A stretch of DNA of 64,000 nucleotides from an uncultured Verrucomicrobiae bacterium (GCA_963806855.1 CAWDYW010000003.1:192001-256000), one strand, 5' to 3'; positions 19,943-30,752 are shown, numbered from the stretch's first letter. Notes: generated by a model from the sequence alone, not told the origin. Translations and numbers: made by a program.

Positions 19943-22900
19943 ATGTTAAAACCGTTTTCAAAACAGGATCTAGTTGAGGGGAAGCATCTACTCGAGGAAG
20001 GGCGAGTCAAAGGGGTCCTTTTTTCTGAAGGGACTTATCAAGTTGAAGTTCTAGCCCGTCCAAAACCAAAAGAGACCGTTTGGCCCTTTTTGCAACTCCA
20101 TGATACAGGAGAGTTGATCGATGCTTTTTGCACTTGTCAAGTGGCTGAAAAGAAGGGCTCCTGCCCCCATCTGGCCGCCGCCTATCTCAAAATCAATCGA
20201 GGTGAGCCGCTCCATGTTCGCTTTCGAGAGAGCTTCTGGAATCAAATCGGAATGATCTGCGCAGAACGCCACGGCTATGAGGCGAGCTGTCTCAAGCGGT
20301 CGCACGGGGCTTTCGAAGCCTTTTCGCAAACGGGCAAGAGGCTCTTTTGGATGAAGCCAAAGAAGAGGCTGAAGGAGTTCGAAGAGCTGCTCTATCATCG
20401 CCGTCTTGAGACAGAAGAGACATCGCTGAAATTCTCCAATTTGGCCGCTGAGGAACTGACCTTATGGCGAGAGGGGCGCCCTTCATCCCATCTCAGCTAT
20501 GAGCTCTCTTTTTGGTCCGATTTGGCTAAGCAGTGGATGTTAAACCAAGAAGACGGAGTAGCATATAAGATCCAATTCTCGGAGGAACAGCCGCCCCAAT
20601 TTGTCTCGATCGATTTCCCCGATATTGCGATCGAATTTTACCTCGATTTGTCCCACTGGCCGCAGGTGATCCCTTCGCTGGAGACTGTTGATTCTCCGCT
20701 GAAAGTTCATCCTTATACCTTTGGCAAACTGGAAAGTATCCATTTTGTCCAGGGGACATTCGTCCTCGAATTTGAGGAAAAGGGGCAGATGCCAAAAGCA
20801 CCCGAAGGGGAGCAGAAAATTCCGATCGGCGATTGGCTCTTCGTTCCCCATGTGGGCTTTTTCCCGAAGGGTATCGATCCGCTTTTAGAGCAAAAGGTGA
20901 TCCGAAAAGATCAGATTTCGCTTTTCTTCAAAAGGCACCTCAAACTGATTCAGAAGCATCTCAAAGGGGAAAAAATCCACCCTAATCCGCTTCCTGTCCG
21001 GTATGCCCTTTTCTTCGATCAGAAACAGGCGCTCCATGTTGAGTCCTATCTCTTCGAAAAGGGCGATATGGAGGCCTACTACTTTGGCGATTGGGCCTAC
21101 TTGCATGATAAGGGGTTTTTCCAGCTCGATAAACAGATCTTTGATACACAAAAACTCGAAATCCCTAAAGAAAAGGTCTCCGACTTTGTCAATCGGCATC
21201 GGCTTTGGCTGCAGGGATTTGAAGGGTTCCAGACCCACGTCTCGGGTGTCGAATCGAAGCTGGGATTCAAGTTTAATGGCCGCGGACGGCTGATTTTTTT
21301 CACGCGGCACGAGTTCACCGAAGAGGGAGAGCAGATCATCGATCTCGGAGAGTGGATCTACGTTCGCGGCAAAGGGTTTTACGCCAAGATCTCAGCAAGA
21401 GCCGGCTCTTTTGTCAAAGCTGGAATCGAGATCGAACCGTTCGAAGTCTCCTCTTTCATCTACCGGCATCGTGACGAACTCGAACCGGTCCCAGGCTTTT
21501 TCACCGACAACTGTCCTCTCGAGAAGTCGGGCCTCAATATTGGCTTTAATGAAAAGGGGAGAATCGAGATCAGCCCCGAATTTTTCTTTTTGCCCCACTA
21601 TGCGCCCGATAAGGTGAAGATTTTGGGCGATTATACCTATGTAGAAGGGGAGGGTTTTGCCCTTATTCCCCACTCCTCCCGCCTTCCTGAAAGCTACAAA
21701 GTTGAAAAAGTGATCGATCCTCTGGCCGAGCCCTACTTCATCGGTTACGAACTTGAGCTCCTCTATCCACACGTTCTCACCATCGATCCTAAACTGAAGC
21801 GGCCGCAGAAAATGGCCCTTCGTCTTCTCGGACTCAAACGGCAGCCAAGTGCAAAAACGGGGCAGTGGATCCTTGAGCTCAATGTTGAGACCGATATCGG
21901 TTCAGTGGCTGTCTTCGAAGTGTGGAAGGCGATTTGGGATGGAAAGCAATATCTATTTTCAAATGCTGGGCTCCTCTTTTTGAAAAAGAAGAACTTCGAC
22001 TGGCTTAGACTCAAAACCAAGAAGCGGTGGCTGAAGCAGGGGGAGGCGATCCGCTTCAACACTCTTGAATTTTTGCGTCTCATCGCGACAGAAGAGCTGC
22101 TCGAGCCACAAGGGGAGTCGCGCAAAGCAAAAGAGAGCCGCAAACTGCTGCGCGATCTGCTTGCCCTAAAAGCGCCGACCGAGCCCGATCTGACTGGCCT
22201 CGAGAGTGACCTGCGCCCCTACCAAAAAACGGGTGTCGCCTGGCTTTGGTTCTTGCACAGTTATGGCCTCTCGGGGATGCTCTGCGATGAGATGGGACTT
22301 GGAAAAACCCACCAAGCGATGGCCCTGATCGCGGCGATCAAAAACAAGCAGAAGGGCAGATTTCTCGTCGTCTGCCCTACATCCGTCATTTATCACTGGG
22401 AAAAACTAATTCAAACCTTTTTGCCCTCATGCAAAACCTATATCTTTCATGGCATCGGCCGCCGCTTTGAATCGTTTAGCAAAAACTCCTACGACCTGCT
22501 TCTCACCTCATACGGGATTGTCCGCACCGAGAATAAAGCCCTCTCGAAACTCCATTTTGACTTGGCCATTTTCGATGAGCTCCAAATTGCCAAGAATGAG
22601 AAATCGCAGACCAACCGTGCTCTGCGCAACATCAACTCCACCATGCGCCTTGGCCTCACCGGTACTCCGATTGAAAATCGACTCACCGAACTGAAAGCCC
22701 TCTTCGAGCTCATCGTCCCCACCTACCTCCCCACCATGTCGGTCTTCCGCGAGCTCTTCACCAACCCGATTGAAAAATATCAAGATGAGGAAAAGAGGTC
22801 CCTTCTGCGCCGCCTCATCCATCCCTTCTTGCTGCGACGCAAAAAAAGCGAAGTGCTCACCGAATTGCCCGAAAAAATCGAAGAGGTGGCCCTCTGCGAT

Positions 22901-23617
22901 ATGTCCGAAGAGCAACACCGACTTTACCAAACAGTCGTCAAGCAAAATCGAGATCAGTTGCTGCGTGCCCTGGAAGACAACAGCAAACCCCCGCCGATCA
23001 CCCATATCTTCTCGATGCTCTCCAAACTCAAGCAGATCTGCAACCACCCCTGTCTGATCACCAAAGATATCGAAAATTACAAACACCACAGCTCAGGCAA
23101 GTGGGACCTTTTCCTCGAGCTACTCGACGAGACGCGCGACAGCGGCCAAAAGCTAGTCGTCTTCTCCCAATATCTCGGGATGCTCGATATCATCGGTAGC
23201 CACCTCACCGAAAAGGGGATCTCCTTTGCCGAAATCCGCGGTGCAACTCGGGACCGAAAAAAAGAGGTGGAGCGCTTTGCCGAAGACCCCACTTGTGAAG
23301 TCTTCCTCGGCTCACTCCAAGCCGCTGGCGTCGGGATCGACCTGATCAGCGCCTCGGTCGTGATCCACTACGACAGATGGTGGAACCCCGCCAAGGAAAA
23401 CCAGGCGACAGACCGGGTCCACCGGATGGGGCAAAAGCGCGGCGTCCAGGTCTTCAAATTGGTCACCAAAAACTCGATCGAAGAGCACATCCACGTCCTC
23501 ATCGAAAGCAAACTCTCCCTCGCTAGAGGAGTGCTCAGCTTCGACGACCAAGACCATATCAAAGGATTGCAGCGAGAAGATCTGATCGAACTTCTTCAAT
23601 TGCTAGATAGAGACTGA
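19943..23617 (+). CDS. SWIM zinc finger plus SNF2-family helicase
   Basis: CxC...CxH SWIM motif, 'DEMGLGKT', 'DELQ', 'TGTPIEN', 'QATDRVHRMGQ'. Confidence 0.95.
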   Translation: MLKPFSKQDLVEGKHLLEEGRVKGVLFSEGTYQVEVLARPKPKETVWPFLQLHDTGELIDAFCTCQVAEKKGSCPHLAAAYLKINRGEPLHVRFRESFWNQIGMICAERHGYEASCLKRSHGAFEAFSQTGKRLFWMKPKKRLKEFEELLYHRRLETEETSLKFSNLAAEELTLWREGRPSSHLSYELSFWSDLAKQWMLNQEDGVAYKIQFSEEQPPQFVSIDFPDIAIEFYLDLSHWPQVIPSLETVDSPLKVHPYTFGKLESIHFVQGTFVLEFEEKGQMPKAPEGEQKIPIGDWLFVPHVGFFPKGIDPLLEQKVIRKDQISLFFKRHLKLIQKHLKGEKIHPNPLPVRYALFFDQKQALHVESYLFEKGDMEAYYFGDWAYLHDKGFFQLDKQIFDTQKLEIPKEKVSDFVNRHRLWLQGFEGFQTHVSGVESKLGFKFNGRGRLIFFTRHEFTEEGEQIIDLGEWIYVRGKGFYAKISARAGSFVKAGIEIEPFEVSSFIYRHRDELEPVPGFFTDNCPLEKSGLNIGFNEKGRIEISPEFFFLPHYAPDKVKILGDYTYVEGEGFALIPHSSRLPESYKVEKVIDPLAEPYFIGYELELLYPHVLTIDPKLKRPQKMALRLLGLKRQPSAKTGQWILELNVETDIGSVAVFEVWKAIWDGKQYLFSNAGLLFLKKKNFDWLRLKTKKRWLKQGEAIRFNTLEFLRLIATEELLEPQGESRKAKESRKLLRDLLALKAPTEPDLTGLESDLRPYQKTGVAWLWFLHSYGLSGMLCDEMGLGKTHQAMALIAAIKNKQKGRFLVVCPTSVIYHWEKLIQTFLPSCKTYIFHGIGRRFESFSKNSYDLLLTSYGIVRTENKALSKLHFDLAIFDELQIAKNEKSQTNRALRNINSTMRLGLTGTPIENRLTELKALFELIVPTYLPTMSVFRELFTNPIEKYQDEEKRSLLRRLIHPFLLRRKKSEVLTELPEKIEEVALCDMSEEQHRLYQTVVKQNRDQLLRALEDNSKPPPITHIFSMLSKLKQICNHPCLITKDIENYKHHSSGKWDLFLELLDETRDSGQKLVVFSQYLGMLDIIGSHLTEKGISFAEIRGATRDRKKEVERFAEDPTCEVFLGSLQAAGVGIDLISASVVIHYDRWWNPAKENQATDRVHRMGQKRGVQVFKLVTKNSIEEHIHVLIESKLSLARGVLSFDDQDHIKGLQREDLIELLQLLDRD

Positions 23618-24280
23618 AGCAACCACTTCGATGAGGGCATCGACTGATGCAGAGGGTTTTGTCCTTTGAAAATCGGAACATAATTGCTCTTCATAGGACT
23701 TAATGTCGTGGACCGTAAATCCAGCGGTTTTTAGATAATCCTGAATCGATTCTTCAGTGTGGAAATAGCGAGTACAGGAATATCCTTGAGATGAAGTGTA
23801 GGTGGTCATGCCGGTCGCAGGATCGAAAGTATTACTGGGGTCCTTCGCGTCGGGACATTCGGTCGAACGGACGACGACATAGAATTTGCCACCCTTCTTT
23901 AGCACTCGAAAGATCTCCTTTAGCGCAGACTTAAGCTGATCTTTTGGTAGATAGTGCAGAATCAGCCGAGCATAAATGAAATCGAAAGTCTCATCGGGAT
24001 AGGGCAGTTTCTCAACGACGTTTTCGATTTTGACACTAATCTGATCGGATAGTCCCTGCTCTTGAATATATCTCAGAGCATATTCTGCTCCTGCTTGATC
24101 AATGGTAGAGGCTGTAATCTTTCGATGAGGATTGAGTTTGGCCATGCGCACTTCTGCGACACCGCCAGTGGAAATGCCAATGCTGTAAACTTTCAAGTCC
24201 TGATCGGTTAAGAGGGCAAGGCCGTTATTTTCACTAGGAGAGAAGAGCATATTTATACTTGGGAAAATACATTTTACCAA
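23603..24280 (-). CDS. Class I SAM-dependent methyltransferase
   Basis: 'LPYPDETFDFIY', 'EIFRVLKKGG' motifs; the start may be ATG at 24250. Confidence 0.85.
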   Translation of the reverse strand: MVKCIFPSINMLFSPSENNGLALLTDQDLKVYSIGISTGGVAEVRMAKLNPHRKITASTIDQAGAEYALRYIQEQGLSDQISVKIENVVEKLPYPDETFDFIYARLILHYLPKDQLKSALKEIFRVLKKGGKFYVVVRSTECPDAKDPSNTFDPATGMTTYTSSQGYSCTRYFHTEESIQDYLKTAGFTVHDIKSYEEQLCSDFQRTKPSASVDALIEVVASVSI

Positions 24281-24383
24281 TATAACAAAAGCCTCATATT
24301 TTTGTACCTATCCAAGGTTCCGCTTATTGACTTTTTACTCAAATTTTGTGAAGTTCAGAAAAAAGAGCAAAAGTGAGGACGCA

Positions 24384-25583
24384 ATGAAAATTTTAATCGT
24401 TTTATATGATGATCCCGTAAAAGGTTATCCCAAAACATATGCACGAGATTCAATCCCAAAACTGGAGCGGTATCCAGATGGTCAGACTCTCCCTACTCCT
24501 CAAAAAATCGACTTTAAGCCTGGGCAGCTTCTCGGGAGCGTTTCTGGAGGACTGGGCTTAACGGAATTTCTAGAAGGGCTTGGTCATAAAGTGATCATCA
24601 CATCAGATAAAGATGGGCCTAATTCCGTTTTTGAAAAAGAACTCCCCGATGCTGATGTCGTCATTTCTCAACCTTTCTGGCCCGCCTACTTGACTGAGGA
24701 AAGAATTGCTAAAGCAAAAAAACTCAAGCTGGCAATTACCGCCGGAATCGGTTCAGATCACGTTGATCTGCAAGCTGCAGGGAAGGCCGGAATCACTGTA
24801 GCTGAAGTCTCGTGGTGCAATAGCGTGAGCGTGTCCGAGCATGTTTTAATGATGATCCTAGCGCTTGTTAGAAATTACATTCCCTCCTATCAATGGATCA
24901 TTGATAAAGGATGGAATATTGCCGATTGCGTTGAGCGTTCCTATGATCTAGAAGGGATGGAAGTAGGGACTGTAGGTTCAGGCCACATTGGTCTTGAAGT
25001 CTTGAGAAGATTGAAGCCCTTCGGTGTCAAGCTGCATTATGTAGATAGACATCGCCTGCCAAAAGAGATAGAGAAAGAGCTAAATCTGACCTATCATTCC
25101 AACATCGATTCGATGTTACCCATCTGCGATGTCGTCACCATTAATTGTCCACTTCATGCGGAAACGGAGCACCTCTTTGATGATAAGCGCATTGGGCAAA
25201 TGAAACGAGGCTCCTATCTTATCAACACAGCGCGTGGGAAAATTTGCAATCGCGATTCTGTTGTCAAAGCTCTTGAGAAAGGCCATCTTGCAGGCTATGC
25301 GGGCGATGTGTGGTTTCCGCAACCCCCGCCAAAAGATCATCCCTGGCGCACAATGCCCCATCATGGGATGACCCCGCATATTGCTGGGACAAGCTTGCCC
25401 GCGCAAGCTCGTTACGCTGCCGGCGTGCGCGAAATCCTCGAATGTTGGTTTGCAAAGCGCCCAATTCGTACTGAATACCTCATCCTCGATCAAGGTAAAC
25501 TCGCTGGGATAGGCAAGCATTCCTATACCCTAGGAGACACAACCCGCGGCTCCGAGGATGCAGAGCGCTTCAAGACCAAGTAA
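24384..25583 (+). CDS. fdh: NAD-dependent formate dehydrogenase
   Basis: 'SQPFWPAY', 'AGIGSDH', 'NTARG', 'WFPQP', 'MTPH' motifs of the Pseudomonas-type FDH; ATG 24384 follows a GAGG RBS. Confidence 0.95.
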   Translation: MKILIVLYDDPVKGYPKTYARDSIPKLERYPDGQTLPTPQKIDFKPGQLLGSVSGGLGLTEFLEGLGHKVIITSDKDGPNSVFEKELPDADVVISQPFWPAYLTEERIAKAKKLKLAITAGIGSDHVDLQAAGKAGITVAEVSWCNSVSVSEHVLMMILALVRNYIPSYQWIIDKGWNIADCVERSYDLEGMEVGTVGSGHIGLEVLRRLKPFGVKLHYVDRHRLPKEIEKELNLTYHSNIDSMLPICDVVTINCPLHAETEHLFDDKRIGQMKRGSYLINTARGKICNRDSVVKALEKGHLAGYAGDVWFPQPPPKDHPWRTMPHHGMTPHIAGTSLPAQARYAAGVREILECWFAKRPIRTEYLILDQGKLAGIGKHSYTLGDTTRGSEDAERFKTK

Positions 25584-25619
25584 GAAAATTCATTATACAA
25601 ATCGCAAGGAGTCGTTTTT

Positions 25620-27050
25620 ATGGCCAAGCGCGCCGATCTTTTGAGGACTAAAAGCTATATCGGCGGGAAATGGGTGGCAGGGAGAAAGAGTTTCCCTGTG
25701 CTCAACCCATACGATGGGAAGCAGATTGCAAAAGTGGCCGACTTAGGGAAGGTTGAGGCGCGCAAGGCTATCGATGCTGCCTATGATGCGTTTCCCGCTT
25801 GGTCAAATCTGCCTGCATCGCAGCGGGCTAAGATTCTGGTGAAAATCGCCGATTTGATGGAGAAAAATGTTGCCAGATTGGCCAAACTCCTGACTCTGGA
25901 GCAGGGCAAACCGATCGGAGAATCTAAAGAAGAGGTGCTTGATAGTGCCGATGCTTTACGCTGGCTCGCAGATGGAGGGTGTCGCATTTATGGCCATACC
26001 TATTGCGATCCCGATGAAAAAAAATCAGCCATGACAATCCGTCAACCGATTGGGGTCGTCGCGGCGATCACTCCGTGGAATTTTCCATTGTACATTGCGG
26101 CGAAATCGATGGCAGCACTAGCAGCGGGTTGCACACTTGTCTTAAAACCGGCGGAAGATACTCCTCTGACGTCCTTAGCTCTGGCCCATTTGGCTGCTGA
26201 GGCGGGCCTCCCCCTTGGTGTCTTCAATGTGGTCACATGCAAAAATCCAAAAGAGGTGGGCGAGGTGCTTGCGACCCATCCTAAGGTGAGGAAAATCGCT
26301 TTCACAGGTTCAACAGAAGTGGGTAAACACTTATTAAAATTGGCCTCTTCGACGGTAAAAAAAGTGACGTTGGAGCTCGGAGGCAACTGCCCGTTGATTG
26401 TCTTTGAGGACTCCAATCTCGATAAAGCAGTTGAGGAGGGCTTAAGCTTTAAATTTTATAATGCCGGGCAATGTTGCAACGGGATTAACCGCTTCCTCGT
26501 CCATGTGTCGGTCTATGATGAATTTGTCAAAAAATGTGCCCAAAAAGCCAAAAAAATCAGCTGTGGATCGGGTCTGAGAGGGGTAGATCTCGGGCCTCTG
26601 ATTAACACGCAAGCCAAAGAAAAAGTCGAAGAATTGGTCCAGGATGCGTTGGAGAAAGGGGCACAGCTCGTGCTCGGGTCAAATGCAAAAGGATTGTTGT
26701 GTTCGCCGATTATTCTGAAAGATGTTTCAAAGAAAATGAGAATCGCACAAGAGGAGATTTTCGGGCCGGTCATTGCGATTTACCCTTTCAAAACAGAAAA
26801 GGAGGCGATCGAGATGGCCAATGATACCCGTTACGGTCTGGCCGCCTATTTCTATACAGAAAATATAGGGCGGGCGATGCGTGTTTCAAGAGCTCTGGAA
26901 GCGGGCAGCGTCGGCGTGAATACAACGAGCATTTACGGGTTGTCGCTTCCCTTTGGCGGTTTTAAAGAATCGGGCATCGGAAGAGAAAATGGAGCGATTG
27001 ATGGGCTCAATGAATTCTGCGAAGTAAAGACGGTGTGTTATGGAAAATGA
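25620..27050 (+). CDS. NAD(P)-dependent aldehyde dehydrogenase, SSADH/GabD-like
   Basis: 'ITPWNFP', 'FTGSTEVG', 'LELGGN', 'NAGQCC', 'EEIFGP', 'PFGGFKESG'. Confidence 0.9.
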   Translation: MAKRADLLRTKSYIGGKWVAGRKSFPVLNPYDGKQIAKVADLGKVEARKAIDAAYDAFPAWSNLPASQRAKILVKIADLMEKNVARLAKLLTLEQGKPIGESKEEVLDSADALRWLADGGCRIYGHTYCDPDEKKSAMTIRQPIGVVAAITPWNFPLYIAAKSMAALAAGCTLVLKPAEDTPLTSLALAHLAAEAGLPLGVFNVVTCKNPKEVGEVLATHPKVRKIAFTGSTEVGKHLLKLASSTVKKVTLELGGNCPLIVFEDSNLDKAVEEGLSFKFYNAGQCCNGINRFLVHVSVYDEFVKKCAQKAKKISCGSGLRGVDLGPLINTQAKEKVEELVQDALEKGAQLVLGSNAKGLLCSPIILKDVSKKMRIAQEEIFGPVIAIYPFKTEKEAIEMANDTRYGLAAYFYTENIGRAMRVSRALEAGSVGVNTTSIYGLSLPFGGFKESGIGRENGAIDGLNEFCEVKTVCYGK

Positions 27051-28416
27051 TCCTTTTCGATTCAAATGGTGGGCGCTGCTGGGGGTATCGATCCTCGCTT
27101 TTACCGCCTTTCTCGATGCGACCATCGTCAATACCGCTCTCCCATTTATCCAAACTGCGCTGCACGCCAATATTTTGCAGCTGCAATGGGTGGCCAACAT
27201 CTTCACGATCATTCTGAGTATGACGATGATCGCGATCGGAAAATTTGCCGATTTTTGGGGTAAGAAGCCGATCTTTTATATAGGGATTGTTCTCTTCGCT
27301 GTCGCGGCATTTGGAGCCGGTTTCAGCGATAGTGTGCCGATGTTGGTCTTTTTCCGTGGACTGCAAGCAATCGGCGCCTCGACGATATTCATCACCTCGG
27401 CGGCGCTGCTCTCCGATGTTTTCCCTGAAGCTGAGCGGGTGCGGGCAATTAGCATCTATGGCGGAGTGACAGGGCTGGGGCTGATGATCGGTCCCTTTTT
27501 CGGAGGCATTTTGATTAGCCTGCTCGATTGGCGCTGGGTCTTTTGGATCAACCTCCCGCTCATTGCCGCCGGGCTGGTCGCCTGTTCGTTTAGCCTCAAA
27601 GGAATTACCCAAGCGAAACACAAAGTCACAATCGATTGGCTCGGTCTCGTGCTGCTGATTTTTGGTCTCGGTTCTTTGATGTACGGCATTATCGACAGCG
27701 CTCAGGAGCAGTGGAGATCGGTCTTTGCTTGGGCCTTTCTAGTTGCCGGCCTCGCCGCGCTGATAGGGTTGATCGCCCTCGACAAGATCCGGAAAAATCC
27801 TCTCCTGGATCTCCACATCTTCAAAGAGCAGCTGATCGTCCTCGCCTCCCTTGCCTGCGCTCTCGGAGGGGTCGTCTCGACAGTCTTCATGTTTTTCGAT
27901 CCGCTCTATTTACGCAACCTTCGCCATCTGTCCCCATTTTTGATTGGACTACTGATCGCGGTCATCCCTGCAGCTCAAGTGCTGGTTTCTTTCATTTTCA
28001 ATCGGCTGGTTAATAGGTTTGGAGTGGCTAATCTGCTCTTTACTTCGGTGATCGCCGCCTTCATTGCCGCTTCACTCCACCGGTTCATCGAAGTGCAAAC
28101 CCCGTATCTTTTCTTGATCCTTCCCTTTTTCCTCCTGGGAGTCAATTGGGGACTAAGCAATGCCTCGATGATCACCGCAGTCAATCAAGTGATTGCACCT
28201 AAAGAAATCGGAGCAGCGCTCGGGACGATTGCCACCATCTGGAATGTGGTCGGCTCGCTCATTTTGGCCATCAGCAGCGCCATTTTTCATGCGGTCGAGA
28301 TGAAGAGCTCCTTCTTGCCGGCCTTCCACAGCGCCATTACCTTCATCGCCCTCTTCTCAGCGGCCGTTTTATTGGTGACGATTTGGTTTAGAGTAAAGCT
28401 TGTTAAAAATAAATAA
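27040..28416 (+). CDS. MFS transporter, DHA2 (EmrB/QacA)-like
   Basis: 'LDATIVNTALP', 'GKFADFWGKK', 'WRWVFWINLP'; about 14 TM segments. Confidence 0.92.
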   Translation: MENDPFRFKWWALLGVSILAFTAFLDATIVNTALPFIQTALHANILQLQWVANIFTIILSMTMIAIGKFADFWGKKPIFYIGIVLFAVAAFGAGFSDSVPMLVFFRGLQAIGASTIFITSAALLSDVFPEAERVRAISIYGGVTGLGLMIGPFFGGILISLLDWRWVFWINLPLIAAGLVACSFSLKGITQAKHKVTIDWLGLVLLIFGLGSLMYGIIDSAQEQWRSVFAWAFLVAGLAALIGLIALDKIRKNPLLDLHIFKEQLIVLASLACALGGVVSTVFMFFDPLYLRNLRHLSPFLIGLLIAVIPAAQVLVSFIFNRLVNRFGVANLLFTSVIAAFIAASLHRFIEVQTPYLFLILPFFLLGVNWGLSNASMITAVNQVIAPKEIGAALGTIATIWNVVGSLILAISSAIFHAVEMKSSFLPAFHSAITFIALFSAAVLLVTIWFRVKLVKNK

Positions 28417-28423
28417 TTGGGAA

Positions 28424-29197
28424 TTATTTAAGACGTTCAATCGGAACAAGGTTATTCCCGTACACTTTAAAACCATTTTCAAATTGGCCACCGTAGATCT
28501 GCCCATTTGCAAATGTGTATATGCCGTCACCGTGGGGGAAAACGTTTGTGCCTGAAATTTTGAGCCCACCTTTATAAGCATCTTTATTAGGAAAGCGAAC
28601 TGTTGCATTAGCAAAAATCCCATTTTTTACTGGATGGAACTTCCCTTTAATTTCAGTGCTGTCGAGAAGAGTTATTGTCCCTTCGACTAACTTGTTGTTT
28701 TCGAATTTTCCTTCCTGACTGCCGTATCCTGGGATGTGAAGCGTTCCATTATCCCATTTGCCATTCTTCCAGCTTCCCTTAAATTGTATTCCATTATTAA
28801 AACTTGTATAATTTCCCGTTTGAATTTGGCCGTCGTTAAAGTTCCCTTCAAACACCCCATGTTTGTTACTAAATGTCCCTTCGCCATCAAATCGACCAAA
28901 TTGATTTAACTGGCCATAATATGTAGAGAAGAGGCTTTTGACGACTTGAAATGGGCGGTTGTCAACATCTGGGAGATTTCTTTTTTGGTAAGAAGTTTTC
29001 TGCATTTTCAATAAAGATTGTATGCCCTCTTCCACATCACTCGGCAGCTCTTCAGAATCTTCTGGTGAGACCTCTCTTTTCCTACTCCTAAAAATGTCAT
29101 CGGTTTTTTTATCAACAGCCTGAGTTTTAGCTTTTGGCTCGGCGCTAGGTACTACATACGGATTTTCTAATTTTGGTGTTATTGACGGTGTCGACAT
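28424..29197 (-). CDS. MORN-like repeat protein with low-complexity N-terminus
   Basis: Repeated Y/FxGxF/W...G(xG) units after a polar Ser/Pro/Thr-rich leader. Confidence 0.75.
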   Translation of the reverse strand: MSTPSITPKLENPYVVPSAEPKAKTQAVDKKTDDIFRSRKREVSPEDSEELPSDVEEGIQSLLKMQKTSYQKRNLPDVDNRPFQVVKSLFSTYYGQLNQFGRFDGEGTFSNKHGVFEGNFNDGQIQTGNYTSFNNGIQFKGSWKNGKWDNGTLHIPGYGSQEGKFENNKLVEGTITLLDSTEIKGKFHPVKNGIFANATVRFPNKDAYKGGLKISGTNVFPHGDGIYTFANGQIYGGQFENGFKVYGNNLVPIERLK

Positions 29198-29319
29198 ATT
29201 TAAACTCCTTTATAAATTGTTATAAACATTATATTGTATTCTGTGTTTTATATCAATTATAGTAGAAAATTTTAATTTGGCAGGCTCGGGCCATTCGTAT
29301 GAATCATTTTTAATCTAGT

Positions 29320-29348
29320 TTGTTTTTATTTTCAAAAAAGAGTATAAT
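29320..29348 (+). promoter_or_regulatory. Sigma66/70-type promoter of der
   Basis: TTGTTT-17 nt-TATAAT, ending 9 nt before the ATG. Confidence 0.6.
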
Positions 29349-29357
29349 TGCTCTACT

Positions 29358-30692
29358 ATGTCAAAATATCTGCCGAAATTAGCTATTGTCGGACGGCCGA
29401 ATGTCGGAAAATCGGCCCTCTTTAACCGGTTGTGCAATGAGAGGATCAGCATTGTCGATGAGGCCGAAGGGGTTACACGCGACCGCCTCTACGCCAAGGC
29501 CGACTTTTTTGGTCGCCCCTTCGAGGTGATCGACACAGGGGGGATCAATCCTGGGTCGAACGTCTCATTCAATGAGGCGATCCGGAGGCAGGCCGAGGTA
29601 GCGATCGAAGAGGCCGATGCACTCGTTTTTGTGGTTGATGGAAAGGTAGGGTTGACCGAGCTCGATCATCAAGTAGCCGAAATTTTGCATAAGAAGGGCA
29701 AGCCGATCACGCTGGCTGTCAACAAGATCGATAATCGGGACCAGATGGAGCGGATTCATGAGTTTCATGGGCTCGGATTTCCTGAAATGGTTGGAATTTC
29801 CGCGGTGCATGGCCTTCAGGTGGCTGAGCTTTTAGAGAGTGCCTTTCGAGATGTCAATTGGGATGAAGAGATTGAAGTTGACGATGGGGCCATTAAGGTG
29901 GCGATTGTCGGCAGGCCCAATGTGGGGAAATCGACTCTGGTCAATCATCTGCTCGATGAAGAGCGTTGTATCGTCAGCCCGATTGCCGGGACAACGCGTG
30001 ATAGCATCGACGTCGATATCGAAGTGGATGGCAAGCTCTATCGACTGATCGATACGGCAGGAATTCGGCGCAAGCGAGCAGAGCATGATGTGGTCGATAA
30101 ATTTGCTGCGATCCGTACACAGAGGGCGATTGAGCGGGCCGATATTTGCATCATGGTGCTCGACGCAAGCGAAGGGATGACGACGCAGGAGAAGCGAATT
30201 GCCAGCGACATCGAGGCGCTCGGAAAAGGGTGCATTTTACTTTTCAATAAATGGGATCAGGTGAAAGGCTTCCGGATGGAGCACTGCTTGCAAGGAGTGC
30301 GCCAAGAGGTCTCGTTCCTCAGCCATTGTCCAGCATTATTTGTTTCTGCGCTGACTGGGCGCAACTTAGAAAAGATCTATACCGAGATCAATCAGGTCTA
30401 CGAGCAGGCTAATTTACGGATCCCAACGGGAGAGCTCAATCGGTTCTTAGAGAAAGCGCTTCAGGCCTACCATGCTCCAATGCTTGGCGGCAAACGGCTT
30501 CGTGTCTACTATATTGCACAAGTGGCGGTCCATCCTCCTATGTTTGTCATGTTTGTCAACAAGCCCGAGCTGATGGTCGATTCCTATCGGAAGTATTTAA
30601 TCAACGCCTTCCGCAAAACATTCCACTTCACCGGCGTGCCCCTCGTTTTCTCTCTGCGAGGAAAAGTCGATCGGCATGCAGAAGAGGAATAA
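29358..30692 (+). CDS. der: Ribosome biogenesis GTPase Der
   Basis: Two GRPNVGKS P-loops, DTGG/DTAG, NKID/NKWD, KH-like C-terminus. Confidence 0.98.
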   Translation: MSKYLPKLAIVGRPNVGKSALFNRLCNERISIVDEAEGVTRDRLYAKADFFGRPFEVIDTGGINPGSNVSFNEAIRRQAEVAIEEADALVFVVDGKVGLTELDHQVAEILHKKGKPITLAVNKIDNRDQMERIHEFHGLGFPEMVGISAVHGLQVAELLESAFRDVNWDEEIEVDDGAIKVAIVGRPNVGKSTLVNHLLDEERCIVSPIAGTTRDSIDVDIEVDGKLYRLIDTAGIRRKRAEHDVVDKFAAIRTQRAIERADICIMVLDASEGMTTQEKRIASDIEALGKGCILLFNKWDQVKGFRMEHCLQGVRQEVSFLSHCPALFVSALTGRNLEKIYTEINQVYEQANLRIPTGELNRFLEKALQAYHAPMLGGKRLRVYYIAQVAVHPPMFVMFVNKPELMVDSYRKYLINAFRKTFHFTGVPLVFSLRGKVDRHAEEE

Positions 30693-30715
30693 AGTTTTTA
30701 TCATCTGAGGATGGT

Positions 30716-30752
30716 ATACTGCGCCCGCTTAAAACCTAAGCGGGGGCAGTAT
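30716..30752 (+). terminator. Stem-loop after der (possible terminator)
   Basis: ATACTGC-G-CCCGCTTA ... TAAGCGGG-G-GCAGTAT inverted repeat; no clear poly-U tract. Confidence 0.5.
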
